From PVC group bacterium (GTDB lineage: Bacteria > Auribacterota > Erginobacteria > Erginobacterales > Erginobacteraceae): a stretch of 64,000 bases of DNA. The notes under the pieces are model-generated. The model did no database searches. It saw only the letters and a list, made by a program, of their open reading frames with translations, and was not told where the DNA came from. Below are positions 55,930 through 64,000 of this stretch, in pieces (position 1 is the stretch's first letter; every line of letters starts with the position of its first letter). A program made the position numbers and the translations under genes. The stretch lies in assembly GCA_043804695.1 (NCBI GenBank), contig JAZDIV010000043.1, positions 1 through 64,000 on the forward strand, read 5' to 3'.

Positions 55930-57336
55930 CTACAGGTACCCGAGCGCCTTCAGCTGCTTCTTCAATTCTTCACTGGGCGGGGGAGGCTCGACAACTTTCT
56001 CAAGCCCCCGGGTAAATTTGTATTTTTCCGCCTTCGCTTCCTCCGCGGCCTTTCGCATCTTCTTTAACACTTCCGGTTTTTCGCCGGCCAGGTTTTTCTG
56101 TTCATGGGGGTCCTTTTCCGGATCAAAGAGCCATTCCGGTACACCTTGATATTTTTTGTCAGCATAAACATACCCGTCCTTATAGAACCTGAGTTCGTAC
56201 CCCTTCCCCGCATGGTTGCTGACGATCAGAGGATGATAGAAACCTTCGCCGGCAAGAAGCGGCAAAAAGGAAATTCCCTGTTTTCCGGGGGGGAGTGGGC
56301 TATCTGCCATCTGGCAGATCAGGGGCATCAGGTCCACCAGACGAACATATGAGTCTATCCTCTTCCCGGCATATTTGCCTCCGGGAAACTTTATCACCAA
56401 CGGTACGTGGAGGTGCTCGATAAAAAGGGTCCCATGCCCCTTCGAGCCATGCTCGTAAAACTCCTCCCCGTGGTCCGATGTCAGGATAATCATCGAGTCC
56501 TTGTATATTCCTTTCTGTTTAAGCAACTCCACGGTCTTACGGAAGAGATGATCCGCTATTAATATCCCCCCGTCGTAGAGCGCGACCAAGTGGGCCCGCT
56601 GCCGGGGATCCGATATGTCCACCATTTTCCAGAACTCGGAATTATCTTTCAGCTGCTCTCTGGTGAGGTCCCCGGGTCCGGTCGGTAGCCCCTCAACCGG
56701 TTCCTTGAGGACTGCGCACCGTAGTGCTCGCGGACCGTGGAGGTACGGGACATGGCAGAAATAATGGTGGAGAAAGAGAAAGAGCGGCTTACCGGCCTCC
56801 CGACTTCGGTCTATCCAGTAGTTGATCTCGGGAGGGATTTCACCCGGCCGAGTTGAGTCCAGATTGAAGTCCTTTTCGTAGTAATCGAATCCTGTATCGA
56901 AGCCGTGACCGGCATCAACATTCCCGCCCCCATGAATACCGACGGTCATATAGCCGTGATCGCGGAGAACCTCCGCCAAGGTGGGGTTTAAAGGCGCTAA
57001 CCGTTGATTTTTTCCTCCCGTGTAATTGCTTACTCCGTGCACGTCAGGCAACAGGGCGGTGAAGATAGACATATGGGAGGGGGCGGTATGCGCGGACTGG
57101 CTGATCACATGCTCAAATAAAACCCCGTCATTCACGAAACTGTCAATGAACGGTGAAGTTTCTCTTTCATATCCGTAACAGCCCAGGTGATCGGCCCGCA
57201 GCGTGTCGATGGAGAACAAAATAATATCAGGTGGAGGCGGGGGGTGGTCTTCCGAATAGGAAGACAATGGGGACAGGGACAGGAGGCAGGATGCCAGTGA
57301 CAACACGATGACCTTACCATTTCGCCAAGTGAACAT
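55930..57336 (-). CDS. Exported sulfatase-like (alkaline phosphatase superfamily) protein with TAPSH instead of (C/S)xPxR
   Basis: SIDTLRADHL, HTAPSH, HVPY, YDG.I, TSDHGEEF.EHG, VPL, DP.E..NL, LKALGYL. Confidence 0.85.
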   Translation of the reverse strand: MFTWRNGKVIVLSLASCLLSLSPLSSYSEDHPPPPPDIILFSIDTLRADHLGCYGYERETSPFIDSFVNDGVLFEHVISQSAHTAPSHMSIFTALLPDVHGVSNYTGGKNQRLAPLNPTLAEVLRDHGYMTVGIHGGGNVDAGHGFDTGFDYYEKDFNLDSTRPGEIPPEINYWIDRSREAGKPLFLFLHHYFCHVPYLHGPRALRCAVLKEPVEGLPTGPGDLTREQLKDNSEFWKMVDISDPRQRAHLVALYDGGILIADHLFRKTVELLKQKGIYKDSMIILTSDHGEEFYEHGSKGHGTLFIEHLHVPLVIKFPGGKYAGKRIDSYVRLVDLMPLICQMADSPLPPGKQGISFLPLLAGEGFYHPLIVSNHAGKGYELRFYKDGYVYADKKYQGVPEWLFDPEKDPHEQKNLAGEKPEVLKKMRKAAEEAKAEKYKFTRGLEKVVEPPPPSEELKKQLKALGYL

Positions 57337-57721
57337 GGTTAATACATGAGCGCCTGAGGCTCAACCTCGTAGCGCAGCCCTTCATGGCTGCCCATATCAG
57401 GCAGGGCTCCCTTCAGCAAGCTCAGGGTTTTCGGAATGCCCTCCACTGTGTCAATTATTGAAATCCCGAAGCGGCACATTATCGCAGACGGCATAATGAA
57501 TTATAGCATACGAGGGGCAGCCATTTTTATGCCGGCCCCGTTTAATATCGGCAATCCACTGAACATCCCTGATCACGGCTGATGGCCTCATGAACAGAAG
57601 TTTTGCTTTACCTCCCACCGGGAATGATGGTATAAAAATAATACTTTTTAAAAGCATTGATTTCAATCATTCGTCCACCGGACCTGGTAGAAGAACATAC
57701 CAGATATCGGTATGACGTGAA

Positions 57722-58969
57722 ATGCTAAAGATCATAAAGGATAGCACTATGCCGTCAGCATTTACATTCGTCACGACCGCCGGAATGATCCTCCTCTTCT
57801 GGACGGGGGCGAACACGCCGATCAACGCGAAGTCCGGTCCGGCTCCCGCGTCGAATACGAGCCAGGAGATCATACGGACTCAGATCGGCACGCTCCCTTA
57901 TCTGCACGGCTACAAGCCTTCTCCCCTCAAGACCGGAGTAATACTGTACGACCGGAGCCGGGCATACCAGGGACTGAACCTTTACGTATCCGGGGGCAAA
58001 CCCCCGGTCATCTTGACGGACATGGAGGGGAACGTACTCCATCATTGGGAGAATCGGCTGCCGGCGCCGGATTTAAAAGACGCCATTTTCAGGCATGGCC
58101 GCCTCTTCGCCAACGGGGATCTGCTGGTGATATTGGAGGACAGGGGCTTGCTGAAGATGGATAAGGATTCTAACACCGTCTGGTTCCTGCCCGGCCGATA
58201 CCATCATGATTTTTCCATCGCCGAAGATGGGGACATCTATGTACTGAAGCGGCGGGAGGCCGAGATCGACCTGGGATGGATGGATCTGAAGGGTCCTTTT
58301 ACAGAGGATTATGTCGTCATCATCAGCCCGGAAGGGGTGGAGAAAAAGAGTATTTCGCTTTTGGAATGCTTCCTGCACTCGGATTACAGCCCGGTGCTCC
58401 TTAACATTCGATTAGAGGAACACCAGGGGGATAACTTTCACACCAACACCCTGGAGCTTATCCCCGGGTCGGCTGGTGAACGCTTTCTCCCATTCCAAAA
58501 AGGGCATGCTCTGATTTCATTGCGTAACCTTCACACCATTGCCGTGGTCGATCTTCCCGGGGAAAAAGTCACCTGGGCGCTCTCCGGGATGTGGGCCCAC
58601 CAGCATCACCCGACACTGCTCCCCAACGGGAATATATTGCTTTTCGACAATCTGGGGTTGAAAGGGACATCGCAGGTCCTCGAGTTTGATCCTTCCACGC
58701 AGAAGGTTGCCTGGGCGTATCGGGGAAACACGGACAACGGGTTCCGGACCGAGGACATGGGCTTTCAGCAGCGTCTGCCGAACGGGAACACGTTGATCAC
58801 GGAGTCCCGCGACGGTCGGGTTTTCGAGGTCACGCCCGATAATGTGATCGTCTGGGAGTTCATCAACCCCCAGCGGGCCGCAGCCGACGACAGCCTGATT
58901 GCAGCTGTTTACGAGATGGAGCGCCTCCATCCCGATGAACTTGCCTTCCTTGGTGAAAACAACCGTTAA
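57722..58969 (+). CDS. Arylsulfotransferase (ASST)-family beta-propeller
   Basis: LPYL.GY, HHDF, FHTNT, QHHP..LPNGNILLFDN, QRLPNGNTLITES. Confidence 0.8.
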   Translation: MLKIIKDSTMPSAFTFVTTAGMILLFWTGANTPINAKSGPAPASNTSQEIIRTQIGTLPYLHGYKPSPLKTGVILYDRSRAYQGLNLYVSGGKPPVILTDMEGNVLHHWENRLPAPDLKDAIFRHGRLFANGDLLVILEDRGLLKMDKDSNTVWFLPGRYHHDFSIAEDGDIYVLKRREAEIDLGWMDLKGPFTEDYVVIISPEGVEKKSISLLECFLHSDYSPVLLNIRLEEHQGDNFHTNTLELIPGSAGERFLPFQKGHALISLRNLHTIAVVDLPGEKVTWALSGMWAHQHHPTLLPNGNILLFDNLGLKGTSQVLEFDPSTQKVAWAYRGNTDNGFRTEDMGFQQRLPNGNTLITESRDGRVFEVTPDNVIVWEFINPQRAAADDSLIAAVYEMERLHPDELAFLGENNR

Positions 58970-60824
58970 GCAAAAAGCAGCCTTATTACTTTTTGGACTG
59001 CTGTTGGGGCTCATACTCCTGGAAATAGGTCTGCGGGGCGCCGGATTTGTTCTCCTTTACCTCCAGGAACGAGATAACCGACAATCCCTGCAAGATAAGA
59101 GCGAATATGTCATCCTCTGTCTAGGGGAATCAACAACGGCAGTTGGAGGAAAAGACTCTTACCCGAAACAGCTCGATAACATCCTGAATGATAGAGGCGT
59201 GGGGAAAAAGGTTACCGTAGTAAATAAAGGGGTTATCGGTACCAATACCACTGCAATCGTTTCCCGATTGGCGGATTGTCTTAATACATACCAACCCGAC
59301 ATGGTGATTACCATGATGGGTATCAATGAAGGGTTGGGAACAACCAACATTGAAAATCGCGCAGATGCGGACACTGGCTTCTTTCTCAGGAATTTTCGCG
59401 TGTATAAGCTGCTTCGACTCCTCTGGGACCGTGTTTTTTTCAACATTAAGCTGGCAGAAACGGCCCGGCAAAGAAAAAAGGAAGTGGAAGAAATCCTTAC
59501 GCTCGCTGAAACGGCGATCATCGGAAATGAATTGAGCCAGACTCGAACAAACTTTGACATTTTTTCAGAAGAAGTCGCGGCGATTATTGAAAAAGGGGAC
59601 CGGTATTTTGACCAGGATAAATGGGAGGAAGCAGTCCCCTTCTACCGGAAAGCGCTCGAGTCAAACCCGGAAAATACTGCAATCCTCAGCAGGCTGGCAG
59701 CCTGCCTTCGAGAGCTGCAGCGGTTTAGAGAAGACAGGGAAATACTCCGGCAAGTGCTGTTGGTCGATCCTCAAAATCCGGACGTTTATATAGAACTGGG
59801 AAACTCATTTCGGAACCAGCAAGGATGGGAAGCAGCCGAGGTGTTTTATCGGAAAGCCCTCGCATTATCCCCGGACTTTGCCCAGGCTTATCTGGAATGG
59901 GGTCGATCATACAAGATGCAGGGAGATAGGAATAGAGCGGTGGAAATGTTCACAGAAGCAATGGAGCGCGACCCGGAAGATCTTTCCATCTATATGCAGT
60001 TAGCACACTATCATGATACGCTTGGCAACTATGACGAAGCCGAAAAAACGTTTAAAAAGGCCCTGGAACGCGATCCAAATTTTGCTGGTTGCTACGCTCA
60101 ATTGGGACGTTTTTACGCTTGGCGGGGAAGAAATAAAGAAGCCGAAATAATGTGCAAAAAAGCGATCGAGCTCCACCCGGAGAATGAACTGGCCTATGCT
60201 GAATTAGGAGATATATACACAGCCCGAGGATGGCTTGAGAAGGCCGAAGAAATGTATCAAAAAGCGCTGGACATTAATCCTCTGAACAACATTGCCTTCC
60301 GTATTCTGGTCTTATGGTGCATCCGGGACGGGAGGTTTGAAAAGGCGGGAAAGTTGTGCAAAAAAATCCTTGAGATTAATCCTCAAGATGATAGGGCTCT
60401 CGGTATGCTGGCTATCTGTTATCAGTCACAGGGGAAAACAGAGCTGGCTGAACAATATTTCAAGAAAGCACATGGCTTGAGAGCACAATGTGTTAATTCA
60501 ACCATCGCCGGAAATTATCAAAAAGCAAGAAAGCTGGTCACGGAAAGAGGAGTACAACTGGTCTGCGTGCAGTATCCGATGCGCAATGTGGAGAATCTAA
60601 AACGGATCTTCCCGGAACCGGAAGGGATCATTTTCGTTGACAATGAAGATGTTTTCAAAAGTGCGCTGCAGGAGGGGAGTTACGGAGATTATTTTACCGA
60701 TTGCTTCGCCGGCGATTTCGGGCACTGTACACCCGCCGGCAACCATCTTTTAGCCGAAAATATTGCCGATACCATCCTTCCCGCCATTGAACAAAAGAAG
60801 GAGCCGGGCCCCGGGAGAAATTAA
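58953..60824 (+). CDS. Membrane-anchored SGNH-hydrolase-like protein with an inserted TPR array
   Basis: LEIGLR anchor, CLGESTT, NKGVIG, MMGINE, about 10 TPR-like repeats, C-terminal DFGHCTPAGN. Start uncertain (58935 or 58953). Confidence 0.78.
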   Translation: MKTTVKQKAALLLFGLLLGLILLEIGLRGAGFVLLYLQERDNRQSLQDKSEYVILCLGESTTAVGGKDSYPKQLDNILNDRGVGKKVTVVNKGVIGTNTTAIVSRLADCLNTYQPDMVITMMGINEGLGTTNIENRADADTGFFLRNFRVYKLLRLLWDRVFFNIKLAETARQRKKEVEEILTLAETAIIGNELSQTRTNFDIFSEEVAAIIEKGDRYFDQDKWEEAVPFYRKALESNPENTAILSRLAACLRELQRFREDREILRQVLLVDPQNPDVYIELGNSFRNQQGWEAAEVFYRKALALSPDFAQAYLEWGRSYKMQGDRNRAVEMFTEAMERDPEDLSIYMQLAHYHDTLGNYDEAEKTFKKALERDPNFAGCYAQLGRFYAWRGRNKEAEIMCKKAIELHPENELAYAELGDIYTARGWLEKAEEMYQKALDINPLNNIAFRILVLWCIRDGRFEKAGKLCKKILEINPQDDRALGMLAICYQSQGKTELAEQYFKKAHGLRAQCVNSTIAGNYQKARKLVTERGVQLVCVQYPMRNVENLKRIFPEPEGIIFVDNEDVFKSALQEGSYGDYFTDCFAGDFGHCTPAGNHLLAENIADTILPAIEQKKEPGPGRN

Positions 60825-60846
60825 TTGCAGACCGTCCGGTGTGTAT

Positions 60847-63414
60847 CTACGGGCGTTGCTTTCCGATACCCCGCTGCCTGTCCCGGAAACCCTTCCTGGC
60901 CCCCCACCCCAGTAAACCCAGGATTACCATGCCCCAGGAGATCGCGGAGATTACCGCTCCGATCTTCCAGGAAGGTGGACTGAAAACCAGATTAATATGG
61001 TGCGTTCCTTCTTCAAGCCAGACCCCTCTCTGGAGATAGTTTACCCGATAGAGGGGGACCGGCTCTCCATCTACCCGCGCTTCCCACCCGGGATACCAGA
61101 CTTCGGTTAGGACCAGCATGGCCGGCCGGGTTATCTCCACATCGATTTCCATCCGGTTCGGGTTGCTGAAATTCAGGCGGGTGATGGGGTTCGCGGCCTG
61201 GAGTTCGTTGAAGTGCTTGATGGATGCGGGATCCCGATTAAAAGAAGGGTAATCAGTAATCAGTGACTGGTAATCAGTTTGCCCCCCCCGATCACTGATT
61301 ACTGATAACCGATTACTGCCCTCTGATAACTGATTACTCTCATCAATAAATACTCCCTTCCTCAAGTCCCCCTTCACCAGTTCCTCCATCGCCTCATCTT
61401 CCGAACATCTGACAACCCGGTCCAGGGTAAAGGCCCGGGGAAGAACTCCGGGATTGCGATGGAGATAAAAATCCGGTCTTGTTTCGATCTTTTCGGTCCT
61501 GCCGCCCGGAAAGGGGGTAGCGGGCCGGGAATCGAGAAGGCAGCCCACGGACATATTGCTTAAGAAATCCGGATGGATCGGGCGGGGAAACTCCCAGTAA
61601 AGCGGCCAGTCAACCGGGCGCCCATACGTTTCTTCGAACGCCTTCCTGAACCGCCTTTCCAGCGGCTTCATATCGTAGCCCATAAAAGCGAAGCTGCCTT
61701 CCAGGTAGGCAAAGTTATCGTGGAAAGGCTGGTCGGTCGCCCAGCGGAGCGAAGAGTCGTCTCGGAGCGCGGCCAGCGTCCCCAGCACTCTTTGCACCAT
61801 CGGGTGAGACCGGGGGCCAAGACTCCGGCGGTGCTCGGGCCGGGGATCATGAAAGCGAAAGGTGCAGAAGTAAAATGCCGCGAACGTGAAGATCGATGCC
61901 TCCAAAATAACCAGCGCGGCCACCACAATTGCCCGGGGCATTCCCCGCAAACCCCGCCAAGTTAAAACAAGAATACAACCGGCCGCGACAAAGTAGAGGA
62001 CCGGGCCTTTGATAAACCATTCCAGGTTGTCCCGGCGGATGATTTCATTCAAGCCGGGCAAAGAAAAACTCCCGCTCAACCAGCCCCGGACCCCGTCGTA
62101 ACCGAAGAGCGCCAGAAGGCTGGAGATAAAAGCCAGAGCGAGGTACCCGCAAATAAGTTTTCGGGGCCAGCCCGTTGAAGCCCATTTGCCCGAGATCAGG
62201 TATTCCATCCCCAGACCAGCCAGCCAAGAGGTGGCGATCACCTGCAACAGCCGGTAGCGGATGGGGAAGGGAAACAGCGAGAGGATCGGAACCCCTTTAT
62301 AGAAAAGATAATAAAACGGGGCATGCCTTCCCAGCATCAACAGCACGGAAAATATCCAGAGCAAACATGCAAATATTGCCCAGAATCGCAGTCTCCGGTG
62401 TCGGGCGCGTTTTACGACCAGGAGAACGCCGGCCAGGGCGAGAAAGGTGAGCAGCAGCCCCCCACCCAGGTTGGCGTCCCAGAACCGGACCCCCTGGGTA
62501 ATCGAGTCCACCCAGTTGCGGTTATTGAGACCGCTTACGGTCCCGAAGAGATCGGGGATGAAGATGGTCGCCAAGTAGATCGGGGGCATCGAGCCGTCTC
62601 CGCCGGTCATCGCCTCATAGGTCTCCTCCAGATGCAGCTCGGTATGAGCCGACCCGTCGAGGGCCGAAACCCAGAAGACAGCGGAGAGGGCCAACCCGAG
62701 CAATACCGCTCCTCCCAGCTGGAGTGGAGCCCGGAAGAAACGAAGTTTTTTCTTCCCCCTGAGCCAGCGAAGCCCCAGCCCCAGGGCAAGCAACCCGCCC
62801 AGGAGGAGACCGTAGCCGACGTGGGGCGGCTGGGCAGCCAGCAGCATCAGGGCGAAGATACAGCCGCCGGCGGCGACCCTGCCGAAGCCGGCCCCTCGGT
62901 CCATCAGGACCACCGCCAGCAGGAACCAGGGGAGCCAGGCCTGGACGTTCACCACCGGGGGCCAGACATAAGAGTAGGAGAAGGCGGGGCTGAAAAGATA
63001 CACCCAGGCGGCGATGAAAGCGGGGAAAGGACGCAGCCGAATCCCGAGGCGGGCCAGGGCATACATCCCGATGGCGGCCAGGGCGTAATGAAGAAGCAGC
63101 GGGATCAGACTGATTACGAGATAGGCCTGGTCGAGATCATCAAGGCGGCTGAGGAGGAGAAAGGGCCAGAGCGGCAGGTAGTAAGTATCGGCATAGAAGC
63201 GGGCATAAAATGGCTTGGCCCCGCACCAGGTTTCACTATCCCAGAGCGGGATCACACCGCTCTTCATATGGCGGGCCAGGTAATACTGCCAGGGGAAGAC
63301 GTCCATCGCCACGTCATCGTGAAATATCCCCCGCCAGCCGATCAGGGCGGGCAGAAAGAGCGCCCATACGGCCAGGAAGAGGAAAATTACGGCTATGAGA
63401 TCAGCTTTCTTCAT
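60847..63414 (-). CDS. YfhO-family membrane protein (GT-C-like)
   Basis: DD motif after TM1, G.IPLW....CG.PF, PRAF, C-terminal YPGWEARVDG...RVNYLQRGV...G.H.I...F.P. Confidence 0.8.
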   Translation of the reverse strand: MKKADLIAVIFLFLAVWALFLPALIGWRGIFHDDVAMDVFPWQYYLARHMKSGVIPLWDSETWCGAKPFYARFYADTYYLPLWPFLLLSRLDDLDQAYLVISLIPLLLHYALAAIGMYALARLGIRLRPFPAFIAAWVYLFSPAFSYSYVWPPVVNVQAWLPWFLLAVVLMDRGAGFGRVAAGGCIFALMLLAAQPPHVGYGLLLGGLLALGLGLRWLRGKKKLRFFRAPLQLGGAVLLGLALSAVFWVSALDGSAHTELHLEETYEAMTGGDGSMPPIYLATIFIPDLFGTVSGLNNRNWVDSITQGVRFWDANLGGGLLLTFLALAGVLLVVKRARHRRLRFWAIFACLLWIFSVLLMLGRHAPFYYLFYKGVPILSLFPFPIRYRLLQVIATSWLAGLGMEYLISGKWASTGWPRKLICGYLALAFISSLLALFGYDGVRGWLSGSFSLPGLNEIIRRDNLEWFIKGPVLYFVAAGCILVLTWRGLRGMPRAIVVAALVILEASIFTFAAFYFCTFRFHDPRPEHRRSLGPRSHPMVQRVLGTLAALRDDSSLRWATDQPFHDNFAYLEGSFAFMGYDMKPLERRFRKAFEETYGRPVDWPLYWEFPRPIHPDFLSNMSVGCLLDSRPATPFPGGRTEKIETRPDFYLHRNPGVLPRAFTLDRVVRCSEDEAMEELVKGDLRKGVFIDESNQLSEGSNRLSVISDRGGQTDYQSLITDYPSFNRDPASIKHFNELQAANPITRLNFSNPNRMEIDVEITRPAMLVLTEVWYPGWEARVDGEPVPLYRVNYLQRGVWLEEGTHHINLVFSPPSWKIGAVISAISWGMVILGLLGWGARKGFRDRQRGIGKQRP

Positions 63415-63520
63415 TATAAATTAGCGAGCTTCGCTCGCTAATTTAGGTTAAATTTTTTCGTTTTGTTCACTATTGGTGATATCTATATCAATCACCGCAT
63501 CGCTTGGTTTTCAGCTCGGA

Positions 63521-64000
63521 TCATTGCCGGCGGCGAGAACGGAACGACAGCCGGATCAGCCCGAGCAGGGCCAGGAGTCCCGCGCCGGTCATCGCCAGCC
63601 CCGGTCCGATTGAAGACGGCCGGAACGCCATCTCGATCCGGCACTCCCCGGGCGGGCACCAGATCCCCCTCTGGAGGTAATTTACCCGGTGAACAGGGAC
63701 CGGTTCCCCGTTCAAGGTCGCCCGCCAATCCGGATGGTAAACATCGGTCATCACCAGCATAGCCGGAGTCGAACTTTCCGCGTCGATCACTACCCGGTTG
63801 GGGTTGGAGAGATCGAGAGCGGTCACCCTGTTCTTTTCCTGCAGGCGTAAAAAATTCTCTTCCCCATCTGCTTCGTTCCCATCCCTTGGCACCGGATAGC
63901 TATCCGGCGAGGGGCGGGCGGCCCAGGTTTCCGGGTCGCACCAACCGATACTCCGAAGATCGGAATTGAGGAGGGCTTCTCTCTGTTCCTCTTCGGCGGC
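63521..64000 (-). CDS. YfhO-family membrane protein, C-terminal part (5' end outside window)
   Basis: Frame open to the window edge; SNPNR, PAMLV.TDVYHPDW.A..NGEPVPVHRVNYLQRG, paralogous to 60847..63414. Confidence 0.8.
   Translation of the reverse strand, partial: AAEEEQREALLNSDLRSIGWCDPETWAARPSPDSYPVPRDGNEADGEENFLRLQEKNRVTALDLSNPNRVVIDAESSTPAMLVMTDVYHPDWRATLNGEPVPVHRVNYLQRGIWCPPGECRIEMAFRPSSIGPGLAMTGAGLLALLGLIRLSFRSRRRQ

Noticed and set aside
1..64000. rRNA, tRNA, prophage or defence genes
   Set aside because: No recognisable signatures seen by eye; a covariance-model scan was not possible.

Overview
GC-rich bacterial window. After a short housekeeping segment (5'-truncated glycerate kinase, a minimal secretin-like gene, serC, serA, a Tat-exported Rieske protein, aroA) it becomes a ~57-kb cell-surface glycan locus. 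That locus holds wecB, wecA, Wzx, Wzy/O-antigen-ligase-like genes, Wzz, GT2/GT4 transferases and a DegT aminotransferase. It also holds many tailoring enzymes (4 methyltransferases, formyltransferase, deacetylase, ATP-grasp, B12 radical SAM, sulfatase-like, arylsulfotransferase, SGNH-TPR), about eight GT-C-like membrane proteins in paralogous families, and an out-of-context murB. The best finding is a complete IS110-family (IS1111-type) element at 37815-39319. Its downstream non-coding region contains a readable bridge/seek RNA with target- and donor-binding loops and handshake dinucleotides, it forms a circle-junction promoter, and it targets a 9-bp-period genomic repeat (CACGAAG family) that has an unoccupied matching site at 30617-30630. 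The second is a Y1/HUH (RAYT-like) transposase with a DnaA-C-like HTH, bounded by 28-bp inverted repeats. Two short non-autonomous doublets of that repeat bracket murB, and one now encodes the murB N-terminus. Many other palindromic and tandem repeat families occur, some in frame inside genes. No rRNA, tRNA or CRISPR array was seen. All family calls are from motif recognition by eye; no searches were run.
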